From an uncultured Gammaproteobacteria bacterium (GTDB lineage Bacteria; Patescibacteriota; Patescibacteriia; Buchananbacterales; UBA6539): DNA of 64,000 bases. The stretch's first letter is position 1. Every line of letters begins with the position of its first letter. This document shows, one piece after another, positions 18,004 to 27,006 of the stretch. The stretch spans positions 171,263 to 235,262 of the forward strand of contig CAZINP010000001.1 in the NCBI GenBank assembly GCA_964540635.1. The letters are read 5' to 3'. The position numbers and the translations under genes are program-made. The notes under the pieces were generated by a model, which was given only the letters and a program-made list of their open reading frames with translations, had not been told where the DNA came from and did not search any database.

Positions 18004-18225
18004 ATGGATCTGCATATTCGCGTAATCCCCAATTCAAAACATCAGGAAATCATTGAAGAAAATGATAATTTTTTAAAAATAAAAATTAAAGCCCCGGCCA
18101 AAGAGGGCAAGGCTAATAAAGAGTTGATTGAGGTTTTGGCCAAAAAGTGCAAAGTAGCTAAATCGCAGGTTGAAATTATCAAAGGCTTAAGCGGAAAAGA
18201 TAAAGTTGTGCGAATTTATGGCTAA
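18004..18225 (+). CDS. DUF167 (YggU) family protein
   Basis: IKIKAPAKEGKANKELIEVLAKKCKVAKSQVEIIKGLSGKDKVVRI matches the DUF167 pattern. Confidence 0.7.
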   Translation: MDLHIRVIPNSKHQEIIEENDNFLKIKIKAPAKEGKANKELIEVLAKKCKVAKSQVEIIKGLSGKDKVVRIYG

Positions 18226-18262
18226 AATTAGAGAAGAATTTTTTTAAAGATTAATTTTTTTA

Positions 18263-18291
18263 TTGACAAAAAGTGAATAATTTGGTATAAA
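18263..18291 (+). promoter_or_regulatory. Sigma70-like promoter TTGACA-17-TATAAA
   Basis: Upstream of 18344-18922. Confidence 0.45.
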
Positions 18292-18343
18292 TAATAGTCA
18301 GGATTGTTTGTGTTGTTATGTTTCGTAAAGAAAGGAAGACGTT

Positions 18344-18922
18344 ATGCCCAAGGTGTTTGTTCTTTTTGTCTTATGTATTGCCAACATCTCCTGTGCGCAG
18401 GAGGTGGGTGTTGCCCCAGATGAGTTCTTGAAGGCTTGCCGCCAAGGGTTCCGTGCCGATTACGGTTCTGACTCGGCTGCCGCGGAGTTGGGTTGGGGAA
18501 CGTGCGAAGTTCTTTATAGTGATCGCGAGGTTGTAAACTCGCTAAGCTATGAGGAATGGGAGGCACTTCCTCGGCAAGCACCTGAAAAGGTTGCCGCCGA
18601 TTTGCCCAACACCCCTGTGGCCAGAACTGTCACGGCCAGCTGGTATGCGTGGACTGACGGCAAAGTCTTGAACGTGGTCTACAACTGCGTTTGGGGTAAT
18701 GCCGAAAAGGAATTGGTCCATGGCTGCGCCACCGGCAACGAAGAGGCTGATCGCTGGGGGGCATCCTCCAACCGCCATTTCTATGGCAAAGGCGATCGAT
18801 TTTGGTACCAGGCCAACCGGCCTTGTGTGACCAAGATCTGGCTGGGTGCTCCCGGCCAAAACGCCAAAGAGACGCTCCGGCTTCGGCTGGAGCAACTCAA
18901 AAAGCTTCGGGTGATCAAATAA
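18344..18922 (+). CDS. Secreted Cys-rich protein of unknown function (GC-rich gene)
   Basis: Signal peptide MPKVFVLFVLCIANISCA. At least eight Cys. GC visibly above background. Opposite-strand ORFs here are GC artefacts. Confidence 0.55.
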   Translation: MPKVFVLFVLCIANISCAQEVGVAPDEFLKACRQGFRADYGSDSAAAELGWGTCEVLYSDREVVNSLSYEEWEALPRQAPEKVAADLPNTPVARTVTASWYAWTDGKVLNVVYNCVWGNAEKELVHGCATGNEEADRWGASSNRHFYGKGDRFWYQANRPCVTKIWLGAPGQNAKETLRLRLEQLKKLRVIK

Positions 18923-19006
18923 CCCCGAAGTCCCCGCGCAAAAAACACGCCCCTGTCTTCTCTGAAGGCAGGGGCTTAAACGTTGATCAAATTTTTAATT
19001 AGAATT

Positions 19007-22000
19007 TTACATTTGAGGATCAGGCGGTGGCGGTGGTGTCGGCGGATTGGTATTTGGATTGCAGGCATTCCAATCATTATTTCTATAGGTGCAAGGTTCG
19101 TCTGCGTTGTCTCGGTCCCTTGTGTCGACATGAACCAAACCACATCCCTCTTCAACATCTTCGGCAACTTCTTGTTCCGAATCGGTACATTCACGAATTA
19201 TATTCATTTTAGTGCCGGTGCGGCAACTCTCTATTCGATTTATTAAAGTTTCAACAGCAGGGACGTTGCAGGTTGTTGAATTATCAGAACCGGTTGAACA
19301 GCATTTCATATCTAAAGCTATTCCCGGGCCATGGTTTGGCCCATCATTGGCCCTATATGAAGTGCCAATAGTGCAACCGGGTGGCAAGATATCACAACCA
19401 TTGCTATTATCGCCATCGATGCAATCAAAGATTTCTCTAACATTTTCTAAAAATTCTTTGGTCCCGGTAATTGATGAAACATTGGGGTAGGTGGGTAAAC
19501 CGTTAACTCCCATAGTATACATTTCACTCCCATCATCTTTTAAGGTTATATCTGGATTAAAACACTTTTTGCATGCTTCAATATTATTTGGTCCACCGGC
19601 CGCACCAACAACCTCACAAAGACATTTATCGTTTGCGCGGCAAGCCTGATCTTGACCTAAGTCAGGGCAAGACCCTTCTTTGGCTACCAGCACTCTAACG
19701 TTGGTACCAATATATGGGTTATCATCGGCCGGACCGTAAATTCTTTCGGCGCAATTATCCGGGTTCTCGCCGCAAATTACCAAATCTTCACCTTTAAGTT
19801 CTCCGGGTTTTGTTGTGCCGTATTTATCTTTTTTGGCATTACACGTCAGGGTACCCCAAAAAGGAATTGTTTGCACTTTTTTACCCGAGAGCAGCTTGTT
19901 TTTTTTCAGCCTGTCTATTGGCCTATCTCCCGCACCGCCACCGGCGGCGATTTTAAAATCCGATTGAATTAAGCTTTCGTTGGCAAAACAATTTGGAACG
20001 AGCCCGCAAACCTCATCAACCCTTTGATCATAAAGAGTGTCGTAATTTATTGCGTCCTTGGGGATGGATAAAGCGATGTAATTAAAACACTTTGCGATAC
20101 CTTTTTCGCTTAGCAGTTCAGAACAATATTTTAGACTATTGGAATTACTGAAAGCTCTATCGGAACGTCGTTGAATTTCCATTAAATCAATTAAAGAAAG
20201 AGATTTGTTATAAATTAAAACCTCATCAATTGCGCCTTTAAAGTAAACTTGATTACGCCCGGCATCGCCTTTGCTGAATTCTTGCAATCCCGCCAACGAA
20301 GCAGCCTCTGAACCATCGCCAATAAAACCAAAACGGGTCAGGCTGCTGCCAAGCGGTTTATTGTGATGAACGTTTGCTATAGTTGTATCTTCTTTTCCGT
20401 CAATATAAAGTGATTTTTGACCCAGCGCGTAATTGTAAACACCGCAAACGAAATGCCATTGGTTATCATTTAGGTTATTTGTCTTGCTGTACAAATCATT
20501 AACGGAATTATCTTGAGCCGAGTGAGTTGAAAAACCAAGTTTACCGCTTGGGGTAACAAAAAGATTGTAGTATTCAGATCGGTCAAAATCAATTAGCGCC
20601 CAGTTATCAAAATCACCGCCGGTATTTTCGTTAGTCTTAAATCTGGCGCAAACCGTTAGTTCGTTGATTGAACTAATGCTGCCGCAATATTGCATGTTTA
20701 AAGCCAGGTAGTCGTTGTTGCCGTCAAAAACAATTGCTTTGTCGCCCAAACCGTTTGTAAAAACAGGGTTGGTCATGGCTTGTATCGGGTTGCTGGCCCC
20801 ATCCAAGCCGAAGAAATAAGTTTTGATATTATTACCACTTGTATCAAGAATGGAATTATTAAAATTGAAAGCGGCGATTAACCCTTGTGAGTTTTTGGCC
20901 GGCAATGGATTGCAATTGCTCAGGTATTGGCCGATTAAAAATGAGTTGTTCCAGAGCTTGAGGTTTTTGATAAAGCCTCCTTTTAACCCTTGTTGCCAAA
21001 CGCCGGACATACCGATAATCGGCCGCCCAAAATTTTTGGCAATGCCGTCTTTTTTTTCCGGCGTGTTAGTGCTGTATTCGTTGTTGTCAATCAGAATCGA
21101 CATTTCTTGAGTATTTTTATTAAAACTGCCGCTGATTTTTACCCATTGATTAAGCGGCACCTGGCTTTGATCGGCCGTAAAGATAAAGCGGGTGTTGCCG
21201 GTGTTGGCGTAAACTCTAACTTTACCGTTAGGCATTATGGCCAAAGCATTGGCGCTGCTTAAAGTGACATAGTCGGTATAGATTGTATAAGGCGAGTTCA
21301 CGTCAATGGGGTAAGAAGTCAAATAAACTTCGGCTTCAATGGTAAAAGCATCGGTTAAATTCAGTTTTTGCAGTTCGGTATGATTGTTGATCCTCAAGCG
21401 GCCGTATTCGCCGGTTGATTTATTATCAAAATACAAAAATTTTTCAGTTGAGGTTGTGGGGTGGGCGTTTTTTTGTCCGTTTTCATATATATTTTTAATT
21501 TCTTCATCGCTTAATTTTCGATCGAAAAAAGCGACTTCATCAATTTGGCCTTCAAAAGATCGGTTCTCGGTTGGGTTGGCCTGATTGCCGATTCTAAATC
21601 GGGGCGTGAGGCCGCCCGGGGAGCTGTATTCGCCCAAGCCTATCAATTGGCCGTTTAAATAACCGTAAACGATTTTTTTGCCGTCTTTCTCTTCCCAGGA
21701 CATAACCAAGTGATACCATTGGTTAAGCTCGGCTCCTTGTTTTAGGGTAATAGTTGTGCCGTATTGTTTTAGTGTGTCATCGCCTTTAACCACTCGAAAA
21801 CGGCCGGATGTTAACCATTGAATATAATATCTGTCAGAACCGGAACCAACACCCTGGATAATGTAACCGGCGTTATTATTCGCAGTTGGATAAGCCCAGG
21901 CGCTGATAGTGCCGGATTTAGGGTTGATTTTTGTATCAACTTTGCTGATATCTAGATATTGTCCAAAAGAACCAAAGCTGCAGCCTTGGCCGATAAAACC

Positions 22001-22417
22001 CGGATTATCAAGACAATTAATGCCGCCTTGCGCCACGGCCGAGAAATTATTGCCCGAGTCGTCATTTAAATTATTGTTCAGTTTCCAGTACCCAATCAGT
22101 CCCGTTAAAGTGGCCGGATAATCATTAGCGGTTTGATTTATGCTTTCCCAAAAAACTTTATTCCCATCCATGGTGGCACTTAAATTTTTGATTGAGCCGG
22201 TACTCAAAACGGTTGTTCCGGCGCCTTCGTTTAAAGAAAAACTTATCAATGGCGAGTTAAGAAAATCAGTTGATATCCTGCTTTGTCTAAAAAGAAATAT
22301 TGAATATAGAGACGAGACAATCAAAAAAGAAGTTAAAACTGTTGTTCCAAGAAAAATAAAAATCACCAGACTTGTATTGGTGATCGACCTGGTTAAAACT
22401 CCAGTAATTTTTTTCAT
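19007..22417 (-). CDS. Giant (1136-aa) surface protein with multiple LamG (concanavalin-A-like jelly-roll) domains and a Cys-rich, proline-tailed C-terminus
   Basis: N-terminal signal anchor. Repeated LamG patterns (GYWKLNNNLNDDSGNN...WYHLVMSW...YLNGQL; AAFNFNNSILDTSGNN...WHFVCGVYN...LYIDGK). C-terminal 300 aa with many Cys, ending PPTPPPPPDPQM. Confidence 0.75.
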   Translation of the reverse strand: MKKITGVLTRSITNTSLVIFIFLGTTVLTSFLIVSSLYSIFLFRQSRISTDFLNSPLISFSLNEGAGTTVLSTGSIKNLSATMDGNKVFWESINQTANDYPATLTGLIGYWKLNNNLNDDSGNNFSAVAQGGINCLDNPGFIGQGCSFGSFGQYLDISKVDTKINPKSGTISAWAYPTANNNAGYIIQGVGSGSDRYYIQWLTSGRFRVVKGDDTLKQYGTTITLKQGAELNQWYHLVMSWEEKDGKKIVYGYLNGQLIGLGEYSSPGGLTPRFRIGNQANPTENRSFEGQIDEVAFFDRKLSDEEIKNIYENGQKNAHPTTSTEKFLYFDNKSTGEYGRLRINNHTELQKLNLTDAFTIEAEVYLTSYPIDVNSPYTIYTDYVTLSSANALAIMPNGKVRVYANTGNTRFIFTADQSQVPLNQWVKISGSFNKNTQEMSILIDNNEYSTNTPEKKDGIAKNFGRPIIGMSGVWQQGLKGGFIKNLKLWNNSFLIGQYLSNCNPLPAKNSQGLIAAFNFNNSILDTSGNNIKTYFFGLDGASNPIQAMTNPVFTNGLGDKAIVFDGNNDYLALNMQYCGSISSINELTVCARFKTNENTGGDFDNWALIDFDRSEYYNLFVTPSGKLGFSTHSAQDNSVNDLYSKTNNLNDNQWHFVCGVYNYALGQKSLYIDGKEDTTIANVHHNKPLGSSLTRFGFIGDGSEAASLAGLQEFSKGDAGRNQVYFKGAIDEVLIYNKSLSLIDLMEIQRRSDRAFSNSNSLKYCSELLSEKGIAKCFNYIALSIPKDAINYDTLYDQRVDEVCGLVPNCFANESLIQSDFKIAAGGGAGDRPIDRLKKNKLLSGKKVQTIPFWGTLTCNAKKDKYGTTKPGELKGEDLVICGENPDNCAERIYGPADDNPYIGTNVRVLVAKEGSCPDLGQDQACRANDKCLCEVVGAAGGPNNIEACKKCFNPDITLKDDGSEMYTMGVNGLPTYPNVSSITGTKEFLENVREIFDCIDGDNSNGCDILPPGCTIGTSYRANDGPNHGPGIALDMKCCSTGSDNSTTCNVPAVETLINRIESCRTGTKMNIIRECTDSEQEVAEDVEEGCGLVHVDTRDRDNADEPCTYRNNDWNACNPNTNPPTPPPPPDPQM

Positions 22418-22625
22418 AGTTTTTTGATTATTTTTAAACTGAGGGACAATAAAATTATAACATAAAATTGAATGTTTTCAAAAAATATTTTTAAAAAATA
22501 TTTCCAGCCTTTCTTGACAACAGTGGCTTAATAGGGATATTATAATTAAATATTCAAAACAAAAGGGAGCAAAAACAAAAAAACGCTTATCTAAGCGGTT
22601 TTTTAATTGGATTATAGTAGGTGTC

Positions 22626-22654
22626 TTGACAAATTTTGATTATTGTGCTAGGAT
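22626..22654 (+). promoter_or_regulatory. Sigma70-like promoter TTGACA-17-(TGc)TAGGAT
   Basis: Perfect -35, 17-nt spacer, weak -10 with an upstream TG. Confidence 0.35.
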
Positions 22655-22659
22655 ATCAA

Positions 22660-22987
22660 GTTATTTGCAAATTGAAAAATAATACAGTTTAAATCTGCTC
22701 AAAGGTCTGCAGACAGCCCAAACAGGGTCATCTACCCTCCCCAGTGCTTCTTGTGCCAGGTAGGAGGGCTTTAGTGCCTACAGAATTTTGGGTAGCAAGA
22801 AAAACAATTTGTACCTTTCAACAAACCTCCTTTTGCTTGCTATCCAGTTTCTGCAGGCACGACAAGCACGGAGATCATTTTCTGGTAAATCTGGCTCAGG
22901 CTCGATTTTCCCAAAAAATTATCTTCTTGTCTGCAGACCTTTAAGTAGATCAAAGATCATCCCCTCAAAGGGGGTGTTTTTTGTTAT
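22660..22987 (+). ncRNA. Candidate plus-strand sRNA or MITE-like element with 15-bp perfect terminal inverted repeats AAAGGTCTGCAGACA (22701-22715) / TGTCTGCAGACCTTT (22928-22942)
   Basis: No ORF support. Internal stems (CCCTCC/GGAGGG; GGGTAGCAAG/CTTGCTATCC). Ends in terminator CCCC-tcaaa-GGGGG plus T-run at 22962-22987, which overlaps the 3' end of the convergent VanW-like gene. Confidence 0.3.
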
Positions 22988-24867
22988 TCAACTTTCGGTG
23001 CGGCGTTTTCGGTTCCGGCGGCTGTGCTCGAATCGGTGCTGGTTGCCAAAGCCGCACCAACCAACCAGACTTCCGGCCAAGGCACATAATGGCTGGTGAA
23101 TTCTTTGGTCTTTATTTCACCGTTTGGATAGGTAACCGTGTATTTAAAATAAGTATCCGCACCGGCATGGGCTGATTCGACTTTTTTCTTTTCGCCCGGT
23201 TTTAAATCGGCACTTTCAATGTATCGGGGAGCGCCGGCGCCTTTGACGTTGTAAATTCTCGGCGGATCGGGAGTGATTTCAATTTGGCGGCCGTCTTTGG
23301 TGCCGTAAAAATCAAAGATTAAATTATCACCTTCAATTCTGGCGGTTACCAAAATATGTTTGCCGGTATCGTTTAAAAATCTAAAATCAGGTTGTGGATC
23401 GTAAATAGTTGCATCCATACCGGCCGGTTCGTAATAGGTTACGCGGTAGCTGTGGTTGCGGCGCTGGGTAATGGGCAGACCGGATCGCAAGGCGGCGCGA
23501 AAAACTGTGGTGCCGATTTGGCACAAGCCGCCGCCGTATTCGGGAATGGTGCGATTACCCTTGATGACCAGTTCTTGTCTGAAACCATGTTGGCCGTCAA
23601 TCGGACCAAGCGCTTTAATGGTAGAGAATTCTTCGTCAGGCGCCACCAAAATGCCGTTTAAAATTTTGGCGCCATTGGCAATATTGATTCGGCGGTTGGT
23701 GGGCGACCCTTTAAAGTTAGATTGCCCCCGGCCGATCAATTCGGTAATGCCCAAATCATTGGTGCTGCCGATTGAAGTGGCCGATTGCGTCAATTCAACT
23801 TCCAAGTCAATCGGAGAATTGTTTTTATCGATTACTCTTTGATTGATTTTGGCGTAGGTAATTTCCAGATTAAGTTTTTTGCCGTCAATACTTTGCTGGA
23901 ATTCCGCCACCTTGCCGTCTTTGATTTCAAATCGGGCGTCTTTTGGTTCAATGTCAATTTCTTTGGCAATGGTTTTTAAGTATTCAACGGTTTTTTCTTG
24001 ATTTAGCCCGACCACGATCTTATCTTCAAAGTATTGAAATTCAATAAAGTTTTTAAATTGTTCTTTGCTGATGGTCCATTCTTTTTTTTCATAATTCAAT
24101 TTAATCGGCGCTAAATCGATTATCGCTTTGATTTCATCGGCCGCCGCTTGGGCCTGATCTTTACTAATGGTCGGTTCAGAAGGAATTACTTCCAAATTTA
24201 TCGGGGAAAAATCGAACTTTAAAGATTTTTCTTTAAATTCGGCAATCGCTTTTTGATAATCAAAAGATTCGCCGGCTTTTTCTTTGGTTATTTTTATTTC
24301 CGCGCCGTCAAATTCAATGCCGGCATTGGTGGTCGGATTTTCCAAGTTTTTAAATTCCGTTTTTAAAATTTCCAAAAGGACGTCCTCGGAAAAAATTGCG
24401 TCGATTTCAAATTTTGGTTTGGTGATAAAAATTTTTATTTGTGCCCAGAAATTTTCCAATTTATTGCCGCTTCGGCCTAAGAGGAAAGCTTGGTCAATAT
24501 TTTTGTCCCAATCAAAACTTACAATGGTTTGGGCCAACTCACTTTCACTTTGGCTTAAAAGCAGAGGTTTAATATTGATCTTTTTATCTTTGGCGTGAAA
24601 GTCGATGCCGTTGGCGTCAAATTGAGCTTGAATTTCCTCAAAATGCTTCTTAACCTCAGCTTTGGTTTTACCGCCTAAGGCATAAGAATCAAGGCTGATG
24701 CCGGGATAAAATTTTTCGGCAAAAGCCATTTCCAACCCAAAAGCCAAAAAAGTCGCGCTTAAAATCAACAGGGAAGCAAGGGCTAATAAAAAAAGAGCGG
24801 CCAAACCAAACCACTTTTTTTTCTTGGGAGCACTTGAATTGTTATTTGAATTGTTAATGGGTAACAT
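22984..24867 (-). CDS. VanW/YoaR-family protein with N-terminal membrane anchor
   Basis: YGGGLCQIGTTVFRAA VanW signature. N-terminal TM segment. Confidence 0.75.
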   Translation of the reverse strand: MLPINNSNNNSSAPKKKKWFGLAALFLLALASLLILSATFLAFGLEMAFAEKFYPGISLDSYALGGKTKAEVKKHFEEIQAQFDANGIDFHAKDKKINIKPLLLSQSESELAQTIVSFDWDKNIDQAFLLGRSGNKLENFWAQIKIFITKPKFEIDAIFSEDVLLEILKTEFKNLENPTTNAGIEFDGAEIKITKEKAGESFDYQKAIAEFKEKSLKFDFSPINLEVIPSEPTISKDQAQAAADEIKAIIDLAPIKLNYEKKEWTISKEQFKNFIEFQYFEDKIVVGLNQEKTVEYLKTIAKEIDIEPKDARFEIKDGKVAEFQQSIDGKKLNLEITYAKINQRVIDKNNSPIDLEVELTQSATSIGSTNDLGITELIGRGQSNFKGSPTNRRINIANGAKILNGILVAPDEEFSTIKALGPIDGQHGFRQELVIKGNRTIPEYGGGLCQIGTTVFRAALRSGLPITQRRNHSYRVTYYEPAGMDATIYDPQPDFRFLNDTGKHILVTARIEGDNLIFDFYGTKDGRQIEITPDPPRIYNVKGAGAPRYIESADLKPGEKKKVESAHAGADTYFKYTVTYPNGEIKTKEFTSHYVPWPEVWLVGAALATSTDSSTAAGTENAAPKVE

Positions 24868-24871
24868 TTTT

Positions 24872-25117
24872 TTATTTTAGTATTTCGTTGAGAATGCTTT
24901 TTGCCAATTTTTCTTTTTCGTTTTCCGCGGCCGCCTCATCAATTAATTTTAGCCTAATTTTTTGACCGGCTTGGCAGCCAGTGGGCAGTTCGGTGATTGG
25001 CCAATTAATTTTTTGGCCATCATCAAGGATAATGGTGGCAGACCGGCCGGAAAAGCTCTCAATTGTTCCGGCCAGGGAATTGGCGTTGATTATTTTTTCA
25101 ATCTCTGGTTCATTCAT
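24872..25117 (-). CDS. Small hypothetical protein, likely co-transcribed with the VanW-like gene
   Basis: 81-aa ORF immediately upstream on the same strand, 4-nt gap. Confidence 0.45.
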   Translation of the reverse strand: MNEPEIEKIINANSLAGTIESFSGRSATIILDDGQKINWPITELPTGCQAGQKIRLKLIDEAAAENEKEKLAKSILNEILK

Positions 25118-25240
25118 ATTTATATTTACTTAATTTTAGAGGATTTTTTTTAAAAAAGCAATAGAGTTTTGATGTTTTTGGGGTTGTTTTTTAAAACATT
25201 ATTTTTACTTTGTTAGGCAATGCCAAGGCTGGGCGAGTAT

Positions 25241-25269
25241 TGACAAAATCCTTTTTGTATGATATAATA
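25241..25269 (+). promoter_or_regulatory. Canonical sigma70 promoter TTGACA-17-TATAAT
   Basis: Perfect -35 and -10, 40 nt upstream of the 25310 start. Confidence 0.6.
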
Positions 25270-25309
25270 AAAAAACATTAATTTTATTGATAATTTTTCT
25301 AAAAAATAT

Positions 25310-26956
25310 ATGAAAAAACAAGTAAATTTAGCCAAAAAATTATTGAATCTAGTGGTCGTTTTTGCTGTTTTTTGTGCAATTTTAGCCCCTTTTTCAACCG
25401 CTAAAGCCGCTACTCCGCTGGTGATCTACAATATTGTCGCCACCTCAACCAGCAATACCGTGACCATTAGCTGGGAAACCGACAGGGCTTCTTACGGCCG
25501 GGTTAATTACGGTACTGCCACCAATAATTATGGTTGGACGGTTCAAACCAGTCAAACCCAGAAGTATGCTTCTCAGACCATTACCATTGTTGGCCTTAAT
25601 CCGAATACCCAATATTATTTTAGAATTAATGCCAAGGATGAAAACTCCGAAGTTACTTCCTTGGAGAGAAGCTTTACCACTTTGATGCCCAATCAGACTT
25701 CAAGCGGCACCAACACCAGCGTGGTTTTAACCAATCCGACCGTTCAGGTTGGTAGCTCATCTTACTGTGCGGTTAATTTGAAAAATGATTATGGCTTCTC
25801 CGGTTATTACTACAATTTGCCCAGTACCCATCCTGATGTGGAAAAAGGCGTTGCTTCTTGGTCAAAGGTTGCCAGACAAAACGACTGGTATGACCAAAAA
25901 TATTTTGCCTTTAATCGTATTGATAAGGATTTAAATTTTGGTTCAAACTTTTTTCCGGTCAGCACCAATTTGCCCGGCGATCCGCAACACTTTGCCGTAA
26001 ACTGGCGCGGAATCATTGAAGTTTCTCAGACCGATAACTATACCTACAAAATTACTTCCGATGATGACTCCTGGGTATTTATTGATGATTCTTTAGTCTC
26101 AAACCTTAACGGTGTTCATATGGCCAAGACTGACAACAAGACGGTTCAGTTAACTGCCGGTTATCATAAAATTGAAATTTATTATGCTGACAGAATGAAA
26201 TACGGCGCGGTTATGTCTTTTACGGCTGATTCTCGCTTGAAGTTTCATCCCTTGCCGATGGATTGCAGTGTCCAAGACGTTATTGATTACAATAATTTGG
26301 TCAACAACGGCAGCGGCTATGCTTACTCCGGCAATAATAATCAGTACACTACCACTTATACTGGTACAACCGGCCAAGTTTTAGGCGCCAGTAATATTGA
26401 AGACTACGGCGTTTACCTTAATGGCTGGGACGGAAAATACAGTCAGTTTAAAGCCATTTATCGCACCAAGGAAAATCCCGATATTTGGGCGATAACCATG
26501 ACCAATCAAAGACTTTATATCACTTCTCCGGCTTCTTTTAACAAATATGGTTTAAATTGGAATAAAATTCAAACCGTTTCTCAGGCAACTTTAAATCGTT
26601 ATCCTGTTGCCAATTTGGTAAAGACTCCGGATCAAGCCACGGTTTACTATTTATTCCAAAAGGCGGAAAAGAAATGGTTAAAGTTGCCCTTCCCGACCGG
26701 CACCGTATTTGTTAGCTACGCCAATAATTATTGGGGCAATGTAGTCAGAGTAAATGATTTGGATATGAATTCTTATGCCACGGCCAGTTTAATCAAGGTC
26801 AAAGGCAAGAGCACTATCTATGAGCTTTCCGGCAATACCAAACGCCCGTTTGCTTCGGCCAGCGCTTTTCTTAAAGCCAATTATAATTGGGCCGATGTCT
26901 GCGAAGTCAATCAAATTCACGCCGACAGCTACATTACCGGTTCCAGCATTCGTTAA
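25310..26956 (+). CDS. Secreted protein with fibronectin type III-like domain and PA14 domain
   Basis: Signal peptide. TVTISWETDRASYGRVNYGT (FN3/purple-acid-phosphatase-N-like). PA14 pattern FAVNWRGII...TSDDDSWVFIDD...LTAGYHKIEIYYAD. Confidence 0.7.
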   Translation: MKKQVNLAKKLLNLVVVFAVFCAILAPFSTAKAATPLVIYNIVATSTSNTVTISWETDRASYGRVNYGTATNNYGWTVQTSQTQKYASQTITIVGLNPNTQYYFRINAKDENSEVTSLERSFTTLMPNQTSSGTNTSVVLTNPTVQVGSSSYCAVNLKNDYGFSGYYYNLPSTHPDVEKGVASWSKVARQNDWYDQKYFAFNRIDKDLNFGSNFFPVSTNLPGDPQHFAVNWRGIIEVSQTDNYTYKITSDDDSWVFIDDSLVSNLNGVHMAKTDNKTVQLTAGYHKIEIYYADRMKYGAVMSFTADSRLKFHPLPMDCSVQDVIDYNNLVNNGSGYAYSGNNNQYTTTYTGTTGQVLGASNIEDYGVYLNGWDGKYSQFKAIYRTKENPDIWAITMTNQRLYITSPASFNKYGLNWNKIQTVSQATLNRYPVANLVKTPDQATVYYLFQKAEKKWLKLPFPTGTVFVSYANNYWGNVVRVNDLDMNSYATASLIKVKGKSTIYELSGNTKRPFASASAFLKANYNWADVCEVNQIHADSYITGSSIR

Positions 26957-26976
26957 TCAACTTCAAATAAAAAAAT

Positions 26977-27002
26977 ATCCCGCTAAAGGCGGGATATTTT
27001 TT
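26977..27002. terminator. Bidirectional intrinsic terminator
   Basis: ATCCCGC-taaag-GCGGGAT flanked by an A-run and a T-run. Confidence 0.6.
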
Positions 27003-27006
27003 ATGG

